Source of the DNA: a bacterium
GTDB lineage: Bacteria > Chlamydiota > Chlamydiia > Chlamydiales > SM23-39
Reading direction: 5' to 3'
Assembly: GCA_021811265.1 (NCBI GenBank)
Contig: JAJZPH010000002.1
Span: 14,821-78,820, forward strand
Length of the DNA stretch: 64,000 nt
A program made the translations under genes and the position numbers. Every line of letters begins with the position of its first letter. Position 1 is the first letter of the stretch. A model generated the notes under the pieces. That model worked only from the letters and a program-made list of their open reading frames with translations, ran no database searches and was not told the DNA's origin. Shown piece after piece: positions 34,353 through 42,544 of the stretch.

Positions 34353-35582
34353 TTATCTTTTTTCTTTTTCTTCGGAGACCGATGGTTTTCTTTTAAAGAG
34401 AGGACGCTCAGTTTCATGTTCTGCCCATAGTCTTCCAATTTTAATGGGGAGATGGGCACTTTGGAAAGCTTGCATGAGCCCTTCTAGGTGTTCGTTGAAA
34501 AGCACGACGGCCTCGTCGGATCCGATCAGGTGAATGTTAAAAGAGTCGGGGGCGGTTGCATATTTTTCAAAAATGATTTTCGTTCCATAATATTTCGATC
34601 CCACGAAGGCAGCGGCTGTTAGCAAAACCTCGCAGGTTTCGATATGTTGCGTTCGCATCTGGATAATTGTACCTACCATGCGTTCGAAAAGGGGAAGGCT
34701 TTCTGGCTGCACATAAGGAGCAACGGCAGATGCGGTTGCAGACGCCTCTGTCATAACGGCTGGAGGAAGTTCTTGGATAGTTGGCATGCCTTCTTTAATT
34801 TGAGTTGGAGCTTCGCCTTTTGACTCTACCGCTTTTATTTTTTCTTTCTCTTTTTTCCCAACTTTCTCTTCTAAGGGGACAAAGGCTTTTTTGGTAGGAA
34901 AAGAGATTGGTTCTTTTTTTTCTTCTGTCGGGCCCTTTTTCTCTTTAGTGGCAAAAAGAGGCGTTTTTTCGATTTTTCTTTCTTCTTTTTCTTTGGGGAA
35001 AGGGAAAAGAGCCTCTTTTTTTTCTGGCTTTTTCATGACAGGAGGTGCTTTTTCAAACTCTTTTTTCTCCTTAAACGGCATGGCTGCCAACCTCTTTTCT
35101 GCTTCTTCTTTGAAAAGAAGAGGTTTTTTTTCCTTTCCCAAAGTTTCTTTTGGAAGGGCAAGAGGAGAAAGTAGCTCTTTTTCTTTCTTCTCTTCGGGAG
35201 CAAGAATGGTTTTTTCCTTCTCTTTTCCCTCTTTTTTTACAAAAGAGGGCTCTTTTTCTTCTTCGCTTGTTTTTTCAAAAGACGGCGGGCCTTTTCTAGT
35301 CTCTGTTTCCCTGTAAAAAGCAGGAGATCTAGGCAGATCTTCTTTTGGTTCTTCCCTCCTTGTTGTGTAGAAGGAGGATTCATAGGGAGAGGGTGCCTCT
35401 TTTGGGGGAGCATCCTCTTCTTCTTGTAGCATGAAGAAGCGTTTTTTTGATTTTGGTTGATCCAGTTCAGCTTCTCCTGGCTTTTCTACTTTCTGAATCT
35501 CTTTTTTAAAACGATCAGAATTGGGAACTTTTTTTCGTTCGGAGGGAGAAGAGGGAGAGGAGGGACCAATGCGCTCAACCAT
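34353..35582 (-). CDS. sctP: T3SS needle-length/substrate-switch protein SctP-like (CdsP position)
   Basis: Lys/Glu/Pro-rich, low-complexity N-terminal two-thirds and a globular C-terminal ~110 aa (T3S4-like). Positioned between sctO and sctQ. The start is taken at the internal ATG with an AGGA RBS; the track ORF extends to 35663 and overlaps sctO. Confidence 0.6.
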   Translation of the reverse strand: MVERIGPSSPSSPSERKKVPNSDRFKKEIQKVEKPGEAELDQPKSKKRFFMLQEEEDAPPKEAPSPYESSFYTTRREEPKEDLPRSPAFYRETETRKGPPSFEKTSEEEKEPSFVKKEGKEKEKTILAPEEKKEKELLSPLALPKETLGKEKKPLLFKEEAEKRLAAMPFKEKKEFEKAPPVMKKPEKKEALFPFPKEKEERKIEKTPLFATKEKKGPTEEKKEPISFPTKKAFVPLEEKVGKKEKEKIKAVESKGEAPTQIKEGMPTIQELPPAVMTEASATASAVAPYVQPESLPLFERMVGTIIQMRTQHIETCEVLLTAAAFVGSKYYGTKIIFEKYATAPDSFNIHLIGSDEAVVLFNEHLEGLMQAFQSAHLPIKIGRLWAEHETERPLFKRKPSVSEEKEKR

Positions 35583-35598
35583 AAAGAATCCTTTGTTT

Positions 35599-36102
35599 CT
35601 ATTTTTTTCCTTTTTGCTGTTTTTGTCGAGCATATCGAACAGAGCCCATTTCATCTTGAGCAAGGCCCTCTTCCCGTTCGCTACAGAGTCGTACCTCTTG
35701 GATCCACTCTTTTTTGTGCATCTCGAGTTTTTCCAGATCTTTTTGTCTCAGGAAAACCACTTTTTTTGCTTCCTCGGCCTCTTTTTCTGCCTGCGCAACT
35801 ACTGTTTTTTGACGTTTGACGGCCTCTTCCTTTACCGCTAGCTTCTCTTTGACAACTTCTAGATAGCTCTTCATCTGCTGGATTTTAGCCGAGGAGGACT
35901 CCTTGTCTAGAGTTTCTCTAAGCTGCTGCAGTTTTTCTTTTTTGTGCGCCAAAACCTCGTCGCGTTCTTTTTCCTTTTGGAGGAGGATCTCTTCTTCTTT
36001 TTTGAGCTTGGCTTTTTTTTCTTCTAATATTTTAAGCGCTTCTTCAAATCGTTTGTTCTTGACTTTGATGAGCTGTTCCAGAGGATATTGCAGCACGTTC
36101 AT
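35599..36102 (-). CDS. sctO: T3SS stalk protein SctO (CdsO; FliJ/YscO-like coiled coil)
   Basis: 167-aa, highly charged coiled coil directly downstream of sctN (9-nt gap). Confidence 0.65.
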   Translation of the reverse strand: MNVLQYPLEQLIKVKNKRFEEALKILEEKKAKLKKEEEILLQKEKERDEVLAHKKEKLQQLRETLDKESSSAKIQQMKSYLEVVKEKLAVKEEAVKRQKTVVAQAEKEAEEAKKVVFLRQKDLEKLEMHKKEWIQEVRLCSEREEGLAQDEMGSVRYARQKQQKGKK

Positions 36103-36111
36103 TCTTTTTCT

Positions 36112-37434
36112 CTATTTGAAGAGAGCGTACAATTGGTTCAACGATTGTTCAAAAGAACTTTTTTCATCAATTTTTTGTTTTAAAAAGTTAGTGACCTTCT
36201 CATGAAAGCGGATGGCAAAGTCTGCGTTTTTATCTGAACCTGGTTTGTATTCGCCAATGCGCAGGAGCAGCTCGATTTTTTTGTAGTTGGACAAGACCTC
36301 GCGCAAAATCGCAATCTGGTCGAGGTGCTTTTTGTCGACAATTGCGGGAAGGATACGGCTGATAGAGGCGAGTACGTCGATGGCGGGGTAGTGGTTCTGT
36401 CTTGCCAGTTCATTTGAAAGAACGATATGTCCATCGAGAATCGATCGCACCTCGTCGGAGACGGGCTCGTTCAAATCATCTCCTGCTACGAGAATCGTAT
36501 AAAAAGCAGTAATCGATCCTTTGTCGGAATTGCCCGACCTCTCCAAGAGGCGGGGCAGTGTGGCAAATACGGAAGGAGTGTAGCCTGCTCTTGCGGGAGG
36601 TTCTCCTGCGGCAAGGCCAATTTCTCGAATGGCCCTTGCATATCTTGTGACCGAATCCATCATCAAGATGACTGACTTGCCCTGGCTTCTAAAATATTCT
36701 GCAATAGCGGTTCCTACGTTGGCAGCATGGATTCTCAGCTGTGCTGCCTGGTCGGATGTGGAGACGATGACCACGGAGCGCTTAAGTCCTTCCTCACCGA
36801 GATCGTTTTCTATGAACTCTCTTACTTCGCGGCCCCTTTCTCCGATGAGAGAAATCACATTGACGTCGGCAACGGCATTTCGGGCGATCATGCCCAGAAG
36901 AGTAGATTTTCCCACTCCAGAGCCCGCAAAGATACCCACGCGTTGTCCCTGGCCGCAGGTAAGAATGCTATCGATGCTGCGAATACCCACAGAGATGGGC
37001 TTTTCAATGATTTTTCTTGTCAGCGGGTCGGGAGGAGGATTGATGACTGGAAACTCCCTTTCGGTGATCAGTGGCCCTTTGGTTTCTGTGTCCATGGGCT
37101 CTCCAAGGCCGTTGAGGATGCGTCCTAAAAGATGAGGTCCCACCTTTATGTGTAGAGGAACGCGCAGAGGAATGACTTCAGAAGAAGGGCCAATGCCTGC
37201 GAGGTCTGCCAGTGGAGAGAGAAGCACTTCTTCTTTTGTAAAACCGACAACTTCTGCAGGTAGGGGATGGGGATAGCGTTTGATCAAACAGACATCGCCC
37301 ATCTTCACATCGGGAACAATGGCCCTGATCAGCATGCCGACTACTTCGGTGATTCTTCCATGAACTGTGGTGAGCTCGACCTCATCTAAGTGGTCGATGA
37401 TCTGATCAAGAGAAGAAGGATGTTCTGTATCCAT
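36112..37434 (-). CDS. sctN: T3SS ATPase SctN (CdsN)
   Basis: Walker A GSGVGKST, Walker B SVILMMDSVTRYA. F1/FliI-like throughout. Confidence 0.95.
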   Translation of the reverse strand: MDTEHPSSLDQIIDHLDEVELTTVHGRITEVVGMLIRAIVPDVKMGDVCLIKRYPHPLPAEVVGFTKEEVLLSPLADLAGIGPSSEVIPLRVPLHIKVGPHLLGRILNGLGEPMDTETKGPLITEREFPVINPPPDPLTRKIIEKPISVGIRSIDSILTCGQGQRVGIFAGSGVGKSTLLGMIARNAVADVNVISLIGERGREVREFIENDLGEEGLKRSVVIVSTSDQAAQLRIHAANVGTAIAEYFRSQGKSVILMMDSVTRYARAIREIGLAAGEPPARAGYTPSVFATLPRLLERSGNSDKGSITAFYTILVAGDDLNEPVSDEVRSILDGHIVLSNELARQNHYPAIDVLASISRILPAIVDKKHLDQIAILREVLSNYKKIELLLRIGEYKPGSDKNADFAIRFHEKVTNFLKQKIDEKSSFEQSLNQLYALFK

Positions 37435-37440
37435 GACATA

Positions 37441-38094
37441 TCACAGTTGAATGCTAATCATTTGTTTTGCAATATCTACCAGTTTGCTCAAGAGAATCGA
37501 GGAGTACTCGATTTCTTGCTGTGCTTGCGACAGCTTGATCTGGACAAGAAGCATATCTCCTGGGTTGATAGACTCTCCGCTTGATTTGATCTTTTCTACC
37601 TGAGCTTTTGCAGCAAGCAATTGTTTTTGTCCATCGGTGAGCATACTGATGAATTTGAAAACGGGACCCGATCCTGGTGGAATGGGGGTTTCGGAAAGAA
37701 GTGGTGTGCCCAATTTTTGCGAGGCGGAAGCAATGTGGGATTTGGCATCGCCGAGCTTGCTCTCTAAGAGTCTTGCTTGAGAAGATTTAAAGCGCAAATT
37801 AGGCGTGGGTAAATTATTTTTCATATCCTCGATTTGCGCATTTGTTGCTTGAATTTGTCCGAGGAAATTGTCAAGAGTAGGAGCAGGTTGTCTGGGCAGG
37901 TTTGCTTTTGCCAGGTCCATAGGGGAGATCAGCGCTGGATTTTCCTTTCCAGCAGAGGAGAGGGGCTCATTCATGAAGGATTGAAATTTCTGCTGATCAG
38001 GAGGTGTTAAAAGATTCTCCTGTTTGGCCTCTTTGATGGGCTCGATCTTTCCGAATCCAGAAATATCGGGAGGTGGCAAGGGGTTTTCAGCCAT
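37441..38094 (-). CDS. T3SS cluster protein (CT668 position) with SctI/inner-rod-like C-terminal helix
   Basis: 217 aa with a Pro-rich, apparently disordered N-terminal half. The C-terminus is NPGDMLLVQIKLSQAQQEIEYSSILLSKLVDIAKQMISIQL. It resembles the YscI and PrgJ C-termini as I recall them (NPNDLMLMQWSL...; DPKELAISQEMIS...). Confidence 0.5.
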   Translation of the reverse strand: MAENPLPPPDISGFGKIEPIKEAKQENLLTPPDQQKFQSFMNEPLSSAGKENPALISPMDLAKANLPRQPAPTLDNFLGQIQATNAQIEDMKNNLPTPNLRFKSSQARLLESKLGDAKSHIASASQKLGTPLLSETPIPPGSGPVFKFISMLTDGQKQLLAAKAQVEKIKSSGESINPGDMLLVQIKLSQAQQEIEYSSILLSKLVDIAKQMISIQL

Positions 38095-38098
38095 AGCA

Positions 38099-38533
38099 TT
38101 ACTTCTTTTTCTCTTTCACTTCAGCAATCGAGGGCTCTTTTTTGATGAACTTGTCGACAAAGTTGATGGCGGTATTGGAAAGAGATTTGATTCCCTTGTC
38201 GGAAGATTTGAGGGTTTCGTGGAGAATTTTTTCTCCCTGCTTGGTATGGTCGGGAGACATGCTCATGGCGATGCCTAAGAAGGATTTGGCCATTTCATTA
38301 TGGGGTTCTTTTTTTAACACCTCTTCAAAATTGCGGATGCACTCTTTCAGCTCTAGCTTGTGTAAGTGCAAATACCCAATGCCAATTTGAGAAAGGGAGT
38401 TGGAAGAATCTAAGAGCTCTGAAACTTTAAACAGTTTGCGAGCAGAGTCTTCGTCTGCCTGATTGACGGCGATAAATCCCGATTCCAGGAAGAGGAAGAA
38501 GTTTTTTTTGTGTTTTTCTAAGAGAGTTGACAT
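38099..38533 (-). CDS. TPR-like needle co-chaperone (CdsG/YscG position)
   Basis: 144 aa with helical TPR-like repeats (ARKLFKVSELLD...IGYLHLHKLELKECIRNFEEVLKKEP). It lies adjacent to sctF. Confidence 0.6.
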   Translation of the reverse strand: MSTLLEKHKKNFFLFLESGFIAVNQADEDSARKLFKVSELLDSSNSLSQIGIGYLHLHKLELKECIRNFEEVLKKEPHNEMAKSFLGIAMSMSPDHTKQGEKILHETLKSSDKGIKSLSNTAINFVDKFIKKEPSIAEVKEKKK

Positions 38534-38558
38534 AAGTTTTTTTCCTTTCAGTCAAATG

Positions 38559-38810
38559 TTACTTGACGTTTTGGTTACGGATAGAGTTCATAAGTACGGT
38601 GTTAACCTGAGAAATCAAGTTGGAAATGGACTCTCCGACCTGCGTGATTTGCGACATTTGGAATTGGAGCAATAGAAATTTTCCAGGGGTTGCATAGCTG
38701 ATTTGGCTGGCCAAACTTCTTATTCTCTTTACCAAAGCGCTTTGTGCAAGGATATATCCTTGGATCAAGGTTTTGAAAGTGATCGATGCTTCGTGACCTT
38801 TAGCTGACAT
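38559..38810 (-). CDS. sctF: T3SS needle filament protein SctF (CdsF)
   Basis: 83 aa in a helix-turn-helix arrangement, with a turn at ATPGK and the C-terminal helix FLLLQFQMSQITQVGESISNLISQVNTVLMNSIRN. Size and pattern are those of the MxiH/YscF family. Confidence 0.75.
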   Translation of the reverse strand: MSAKGHEASITFKTLIQGYILAQSALVKRIRSLASQISYATPGKFLLLQFQMSQITQVGESISNLISQVNTVLMNSIRNQNVK

Positions 38811-38818
38811 GTGTTCTC

Positions 38819-39052
38819 CTATTTTTTAATAGCTCTTTTGAGCACTTTTTGCAGTGCAGTATACCCCTGAAGTATAACTCCGAGGTGGGTAAAATCAGCC
38901 GAAGATTCCCCTTTTCTCAAAGAAGCTTTGATTTCATTGATATTCGCGTCAATCAGGTCGAAAACCTCTTTGGCACGCTTGGGGTTTTTTTTCAGATCGT
39001 TTTCTAAATCAAAAACGAATGGTTTTTTTTTGCTGTCTTCCAATCCATACAT
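38819..39052 (-). CDS. needle co-chaperone CdsE/YscE-like
   Basis: 77-aa helical protein between sctD and sctF, as in Chlamydia (CT665 position). Confidence 0.55.
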   Translation of the reverse strand: MYGLEDSKKKPFVFDLENDLKKNPKRAKEVFDLIDANINEIKASLRKGESSADFTHLGVILQGYTALQKVLKRAIKK

Positions 39053-39068
39053 AATGTTGCTTCCTCTT

Positions 39069-40964
39069 CTAGCGACTATAGTTTATCTTATATTTTAAAT
39101 TTTCTTTTTCAAGAAGAATAATATTTGGTTCGATGGCAGTGACTTTCATGCCGTCGAGCATTTCTCCTGTGGTGATGATCTGTCCGTTGACGACCACGCC
39201 GAAATTTTCTTTTCCTTGAGATGCAAATCCCGTGATTTGATATCTGCTTGTCAAATCGATGCGGGCGGCGTTGGGTGCGGCGGGTATCGCCAGATCTTTT
39301 AGCGTGCGTATTCCCTCGAGTGTTTTGATCATATTGAGAGTAGAAAGGTAGCTATCCTTTGCTTTCACGCTGTAGTTTCCTGTGATCACGAGCTCGCCAC
39401 CCGTAAGTTGAAAAGAAAGGCCTTCAAATCCTTTGGAGATGAGCAGGGCAGCGATTTGCGTATTGAGGATGTTTTCGACAACGATATGATTTTCCAAACG
39501 ATCGGTATAAGGAAAATGGATGTGGAGGTAGTTCATGAGTTCTTCTGCAATGGTGGACTCTTTGACAAAGCCGCTTAAGACAAATTTTCCAGGAGTTGGG
39601 GAGTGGATACTGACACCTCTCCAGGACTCATTTTCGCTTAAAAGATCATTCATGTTTTTCCAGACATATTCATCGATGATGATATTATCTTCTAGATGAT
39701 CAATGGTGCTGATCTGATGTAAGGAATAGAGAAGCTCTTCATGATCGATGGCTGTAAGAACGTGGCCGAGTAGGAAAAGACTTTCATTTTTTTGGTTGTA
39801 GGAGAACTCAACGCCACTATATTTTTCCATGATTTTTCTAATATCTTTGCTGACATCTTTCGTAGCAATTTGCATAGCATGGGGTTTCACCAGAGAAAAA
39901 AGGGAAAGGAAGACCATGAACAGGATGAAAATAAGAATGCTGCCAAAAATCAAAACGCTTTTGGGAAGGATTACCTGTCGCCAGCTAAAGGCTTGCGTAG
40001 GCGGGGGAGGTTCTTCTGTTTTTGCTTCTTCTTTTTTGGGAAGAAGCGCGCGTTCGTAGGGCGCAGCTTCGGAATAGATGGTTTCTGCAGGAGCTTCTTT
40101 GTCAATGATGAGAAAAAGGCTGGTGCCGATGGTGATAAGATCATTTGGGAAGATCTGCTTTTTTTCTTTGATTTCTTCGGAGTTGACAAAGGTTTTGTTT
40201 TTCGATCCCAGATCTTCAATGGAAATATTGCGGTCTTTGTCGATGGTGATTTTCGCATGCTTTCGCGAGACGCTCATATCGTTGAAGGCAATATCTGAGC
40301 TTTCTCTTTCTTTCCCGAGAATATATTCTTTCCCCAGTTCCATGCCAAATTCGGCACCGCTGTTGGGTCCTGCGATTACCTTTAAAATGAAGGGAGGTTC
40401 TTTGATGGGAAGAAAAGAGATTTCTTCCTCTTCCATCTCGGGCTCGAAGATGGTGTCATAAGAAGGAGTCTCCTCATAAGAGAGCTCATCCGAGGGCTCT
40501 TCGTGAAATTCTTCTTCCTTTTCATGAGAAGCTTCTTCTGCTGCGGGCTCTGCTAAATTTTCTTCTGGTGTTTCTTGTGGAGGCAGTTCTTCTTTATTTT
40601 CTACAAGAGCTTCTTCTGAGGCCTTTTCTTCCGTAGAAAGAGGAGTTTCATCGAGAAGAGGCAGTGGTTCTTCGGAATAGAGGAAGATGTTTTGTCCAAT
40701 TTTGACGAGGTCGCCCTCTTTGAGGGGGTGGTCTTCTCCAATGGTCTGGTCGTTGACGAGAATGGGATTGGTCTGTGAAAGATCGGTGAGGACAAAGCCG
40801 TCTGCTTCTTTTCGACAGAGCAAATGCTTTCTAGAGACGGTGGTATCTTCCAGGACAAGGTCGACCTGATCGGGATCTCTACCGATGAGCCACTCATCTC
40901 TTCCTTCTAAACTCAACACTTTGCCCTTTAGCGGGCCCTCTTCTGCGACTAAATGCGGAGGCAT
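39069..40964 (-). CDS. sctD: T3SS inner-membrane ring protein SctD (CdsD) with two FHA domains
   Basis: FHA1 is WLIGRDPDQVDLVLEDTTVSRKHLLC...NPILVN. FHA2 is YILGKERESSDIAFNDMSVSRKHAKI...GSKNKTFVN. A single TM follows (VLIFGSILIFILFMVFLSLFSL), then a periplasmic domain. Confidence 0.85.
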   Translation of the reverse strand: MPPHLVAEEGPLKGKVLSLEGRDEWLIGRDPDQVDLVLEDTTVSRKHLLCRKEADGFVLTDLSQTNPILVNDQTIGEDHPLKEGDLVKIGQNIFLYSEEPLPLLDETPLSTEEKASEEALVENKEELPPQETPEENLAEPAAEEASHEKEEEFHEEPSDELSYEETPSYDTIFEPEMEEEEISFLPIKEPPFILKVIAGPNSGAEFGMELGKEYILGKERESSDIAFNDMSVSRKHAKITIDKDRNISIEDLGSKNKTFVNSEEIKEKKQIFPNDLITIGTSLFLIIDKEAPAETIYSEAAPYERALLPKKEEAKTEEPPPPTQAFSWRQVILPKSVLIFGSILIFILFMVFLSLFSLVKPHAMQIATKDVSKDIRKIMEKYSGVEFSYNQKNESLFLLGHVLTAIDHEELLYSLHQISTIDHLEDNIIIDEYVWKNMNDLLSENESWRGVSIHSPTPGKFVLSGFVKESTIAEELMNYLHIHFPYTDRLENHIVVENILNTQIAALLISKGFEGLSFQLTGGELVITGNYSVKAKDSYLSTLNMIKTLEGIRTLKDLAIPAAPNAARIDLTSRYQITGFASQGKENFGVVVNGQIITTGEMLDGMKVTAIEPNIILLEKENLKYKINYSR

Positions 40965-40973
40965 CTTTTTTCT

Positions 40974-41384
40974 TTAATAGAGAGTTTCTTTAGCTTGTCG
41001 TTCAAATTTTTCTACCTCTTCTCTCCAATAGAGAAGATAGTTCACGAAGTCTTCGATTCTTTCTTTAAACTCCGTATAGGTTAATTCATAAGCCAATGAA
41101 TGCGAGAGAGTCAAGTTCTCTTGTGGATCTAATCCGATGCTGGACCCACCAGTTCCTCGGCCGAGTAGATTGGCTTTCATGAGATAGAGAAAGAGGTCTT
41201 CCTTTTTGATTTGTGGGCATGCGATGATTTTTGCATGAAAGTAGTATCCTTTCTCCATCTCTTTCAAAAAGAGATCAATTCCCTCCCTTGGAGAAAAGGT
41301 AACACTTTTTTCTTTTTCATCAAAAGAGAAAACGTCTGTTCGTTTCAAATCGGAATGGAGTCGAGAGAGAAAATCTTTGAGCAT
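40974..41384 (-). CDS. class I T3SS chaperone (CesT/SycE-like; Scc4/CT663 position)
   Basis: About 136 aa from MLKDFL. LFLYLMKANLLGRGTGGSSIGLDPQENLTLSHSL is typical of class I secretion chaperones. It is the first gene of the tightly packed operon. Confidence 0.65.
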   Translation of the reverse strand: MLKDFLSRLHSDLKRTDVFSFDEKEKSVTFSPREGIDLFLKEMEKGYYFHAKIIACPQIKKEDLFLYLMKANLLGRGTGGSSIGLDPQENLTLSHSLAYELTYTEFKERIEDFVNYLLYWREEVEKFERQAKETLY

Positions 41385-41576
41385 GTTTTTTTTCTTTTTA
41401 TTAATCCACAAAAAAGAAAATTAGCTCAAGGATTTTCGACTTCTCATTTTCTTTAGAGGATCTTTCTTTTAGGATAGAGGGAGAGAGCTTGGCTCTAAAT
41501 TTCATAGCAATAAAGCCCATCTCTTTGTGAACTGCTCTTTTTAAAAGAATGCTAGTTTTTTTGGGTATGCAAACTT

Positions 41577-41613
41577 AAAAAAAAAAGCAACTCCTGCTTG
41601 TGGCGGGAGTTGC
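41577..41613 (-). terminator. Rho-independent terminator after the 285-aa gene
   Basis: The minus strand reads gcaactcccgcc-acaa-gcaggagttgc (a GC-rich imperfect stem of about 9-11 bp). A run of 10 T follows. The hairpin begins 37 nt after the stop at 41650. Confidence 0.7.
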
Positions 41614-41649
41614 TCTTGTTTTGACATGGCGATTGTGTCTTTCGCCGTT

Positions 41650-42507
41650 TTAACCTCTATGCGTTGCGTCCATAAGGCCGGCAAGCGCTTGGGCGGTTGC
41701 GCTCATTGCTTCTTCGTTCGCTTTGGCAACCTGGCTCATGTTGGCAATGACCTGGTTCGTGATAATGCCGTTGATAGTTGCAAAAATTTGTCTTTTTGCA
41801 TCTTCTTTAGCCTTATCTTCTACATATCCAGCTTCGACAAGTTTAAACACACCGGTTGTAGCATCTCCAAGAGATCTGCCAAGGGTAGAGAAGGTGCTGG
41901 CGTTTATCTGTTGTTTGTTGCTTACCGTGTTTAAGACCTTGTCAACATCAGCAATCTGATCGTCAATGCGTTTGATGACTATCTCTTGCTGGTTTTGGGA
42001 CATCTGTCTGATCATTCCCATATCCTCATCGGAAATAGGGCGCTCATTGTAGGACTTGTTTTGGAAGTGCTCGAAATTTTCCGAAGAGAGTTGGTGAGCT
42101 CCGCTTCCAGCAGATGTTCCTGCATCGCTGCCCGATTGAAGACGAACAAGTTCAACTGCTTCTCTGTTTGCTTGCAAAGTTCCTTTTTTCTGAGAGCAAT
42201 CGCTAATGACGTCTTTGTTAGACCAGTTGTTTTTTACCGCTCCAGCTACTTGAAATCCTAAAGAGAGACCAGCGCTTGCTATGCTTCCACATCCATCAAG
42301 GATCAGATTGGTTGCTTCATCGTGACCTGATTGTCGAATGGACCCTGCTTCTTTGAGAAGAATTCCTTTTTCTCCACAGACCATTTCCGTCATTTTCGAA
42401 GAAGCTTCCCAGTTGGCAATTGCTACTTGGCAATCAGCACTCATGATTAAGTGCATGTATTTGCTTGCCCAGGCACCTATGCCGGGTATGTAGTTGGATG
42501 TTGTCAT
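41650..42507 (-). CDS. hypothetical protein, minor-translocator-like (single central hydrophobic segment)
   Basis: 285 aa. One hydrophobic stretch LILDGCGSIASAGLSLGFQVAGAV, helical elsewhere. Last gene of the four-gene operon. No family recognised. Confidence 0.4.
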   Translation of the reverse strand: MTTSNYIPGIGAWASKYMHLIMSADCQVAIANWEASSKMTEMVCGEKGILLKEAGSIRQSGHDEATNLILDGCGSIASAGLSLGFQVAGAVKNNWSNKDVISDCSQKKGTLQANREAVELVRLQSGSDAGTSAGSGAHQLSSENFEHFQNKSYNERPISDEDMGMIRQMSQNQQEIVIKRIDDQIADVDKVLNTVSNKQQINASTFSTLGRSLGDATTGVFKLVEAGYVEDKAKEDAKRQIFATINGIITNQVIANMSQVAKANEEAMSATAQALAGLMDATHRG

Positions 42508-42544
42508 ATTTTTTTCCTTTTTTTATGTTTTTTATTAAACTTTT

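Noticed and set aside
34860-35420. Apparent DNA-level repetitiveness (poly-purine/pyrimidine runs) in sctP, considered as a tandem repeat or slippage tract
   Set aside because: I could find no fixed period. The pattern follows from Lys/Glu/Pro-rich coding (AAA/GAA/AAG codons), so it is compositional rather than a true tandem repeat.
36629-37135. Two long plus-strand ORFs (168 and 133 aa) opposite sctN
   Set aside because: sctN is unambiguous (Walker A/B, F1-like). The antisense frames are shadow ORFs.
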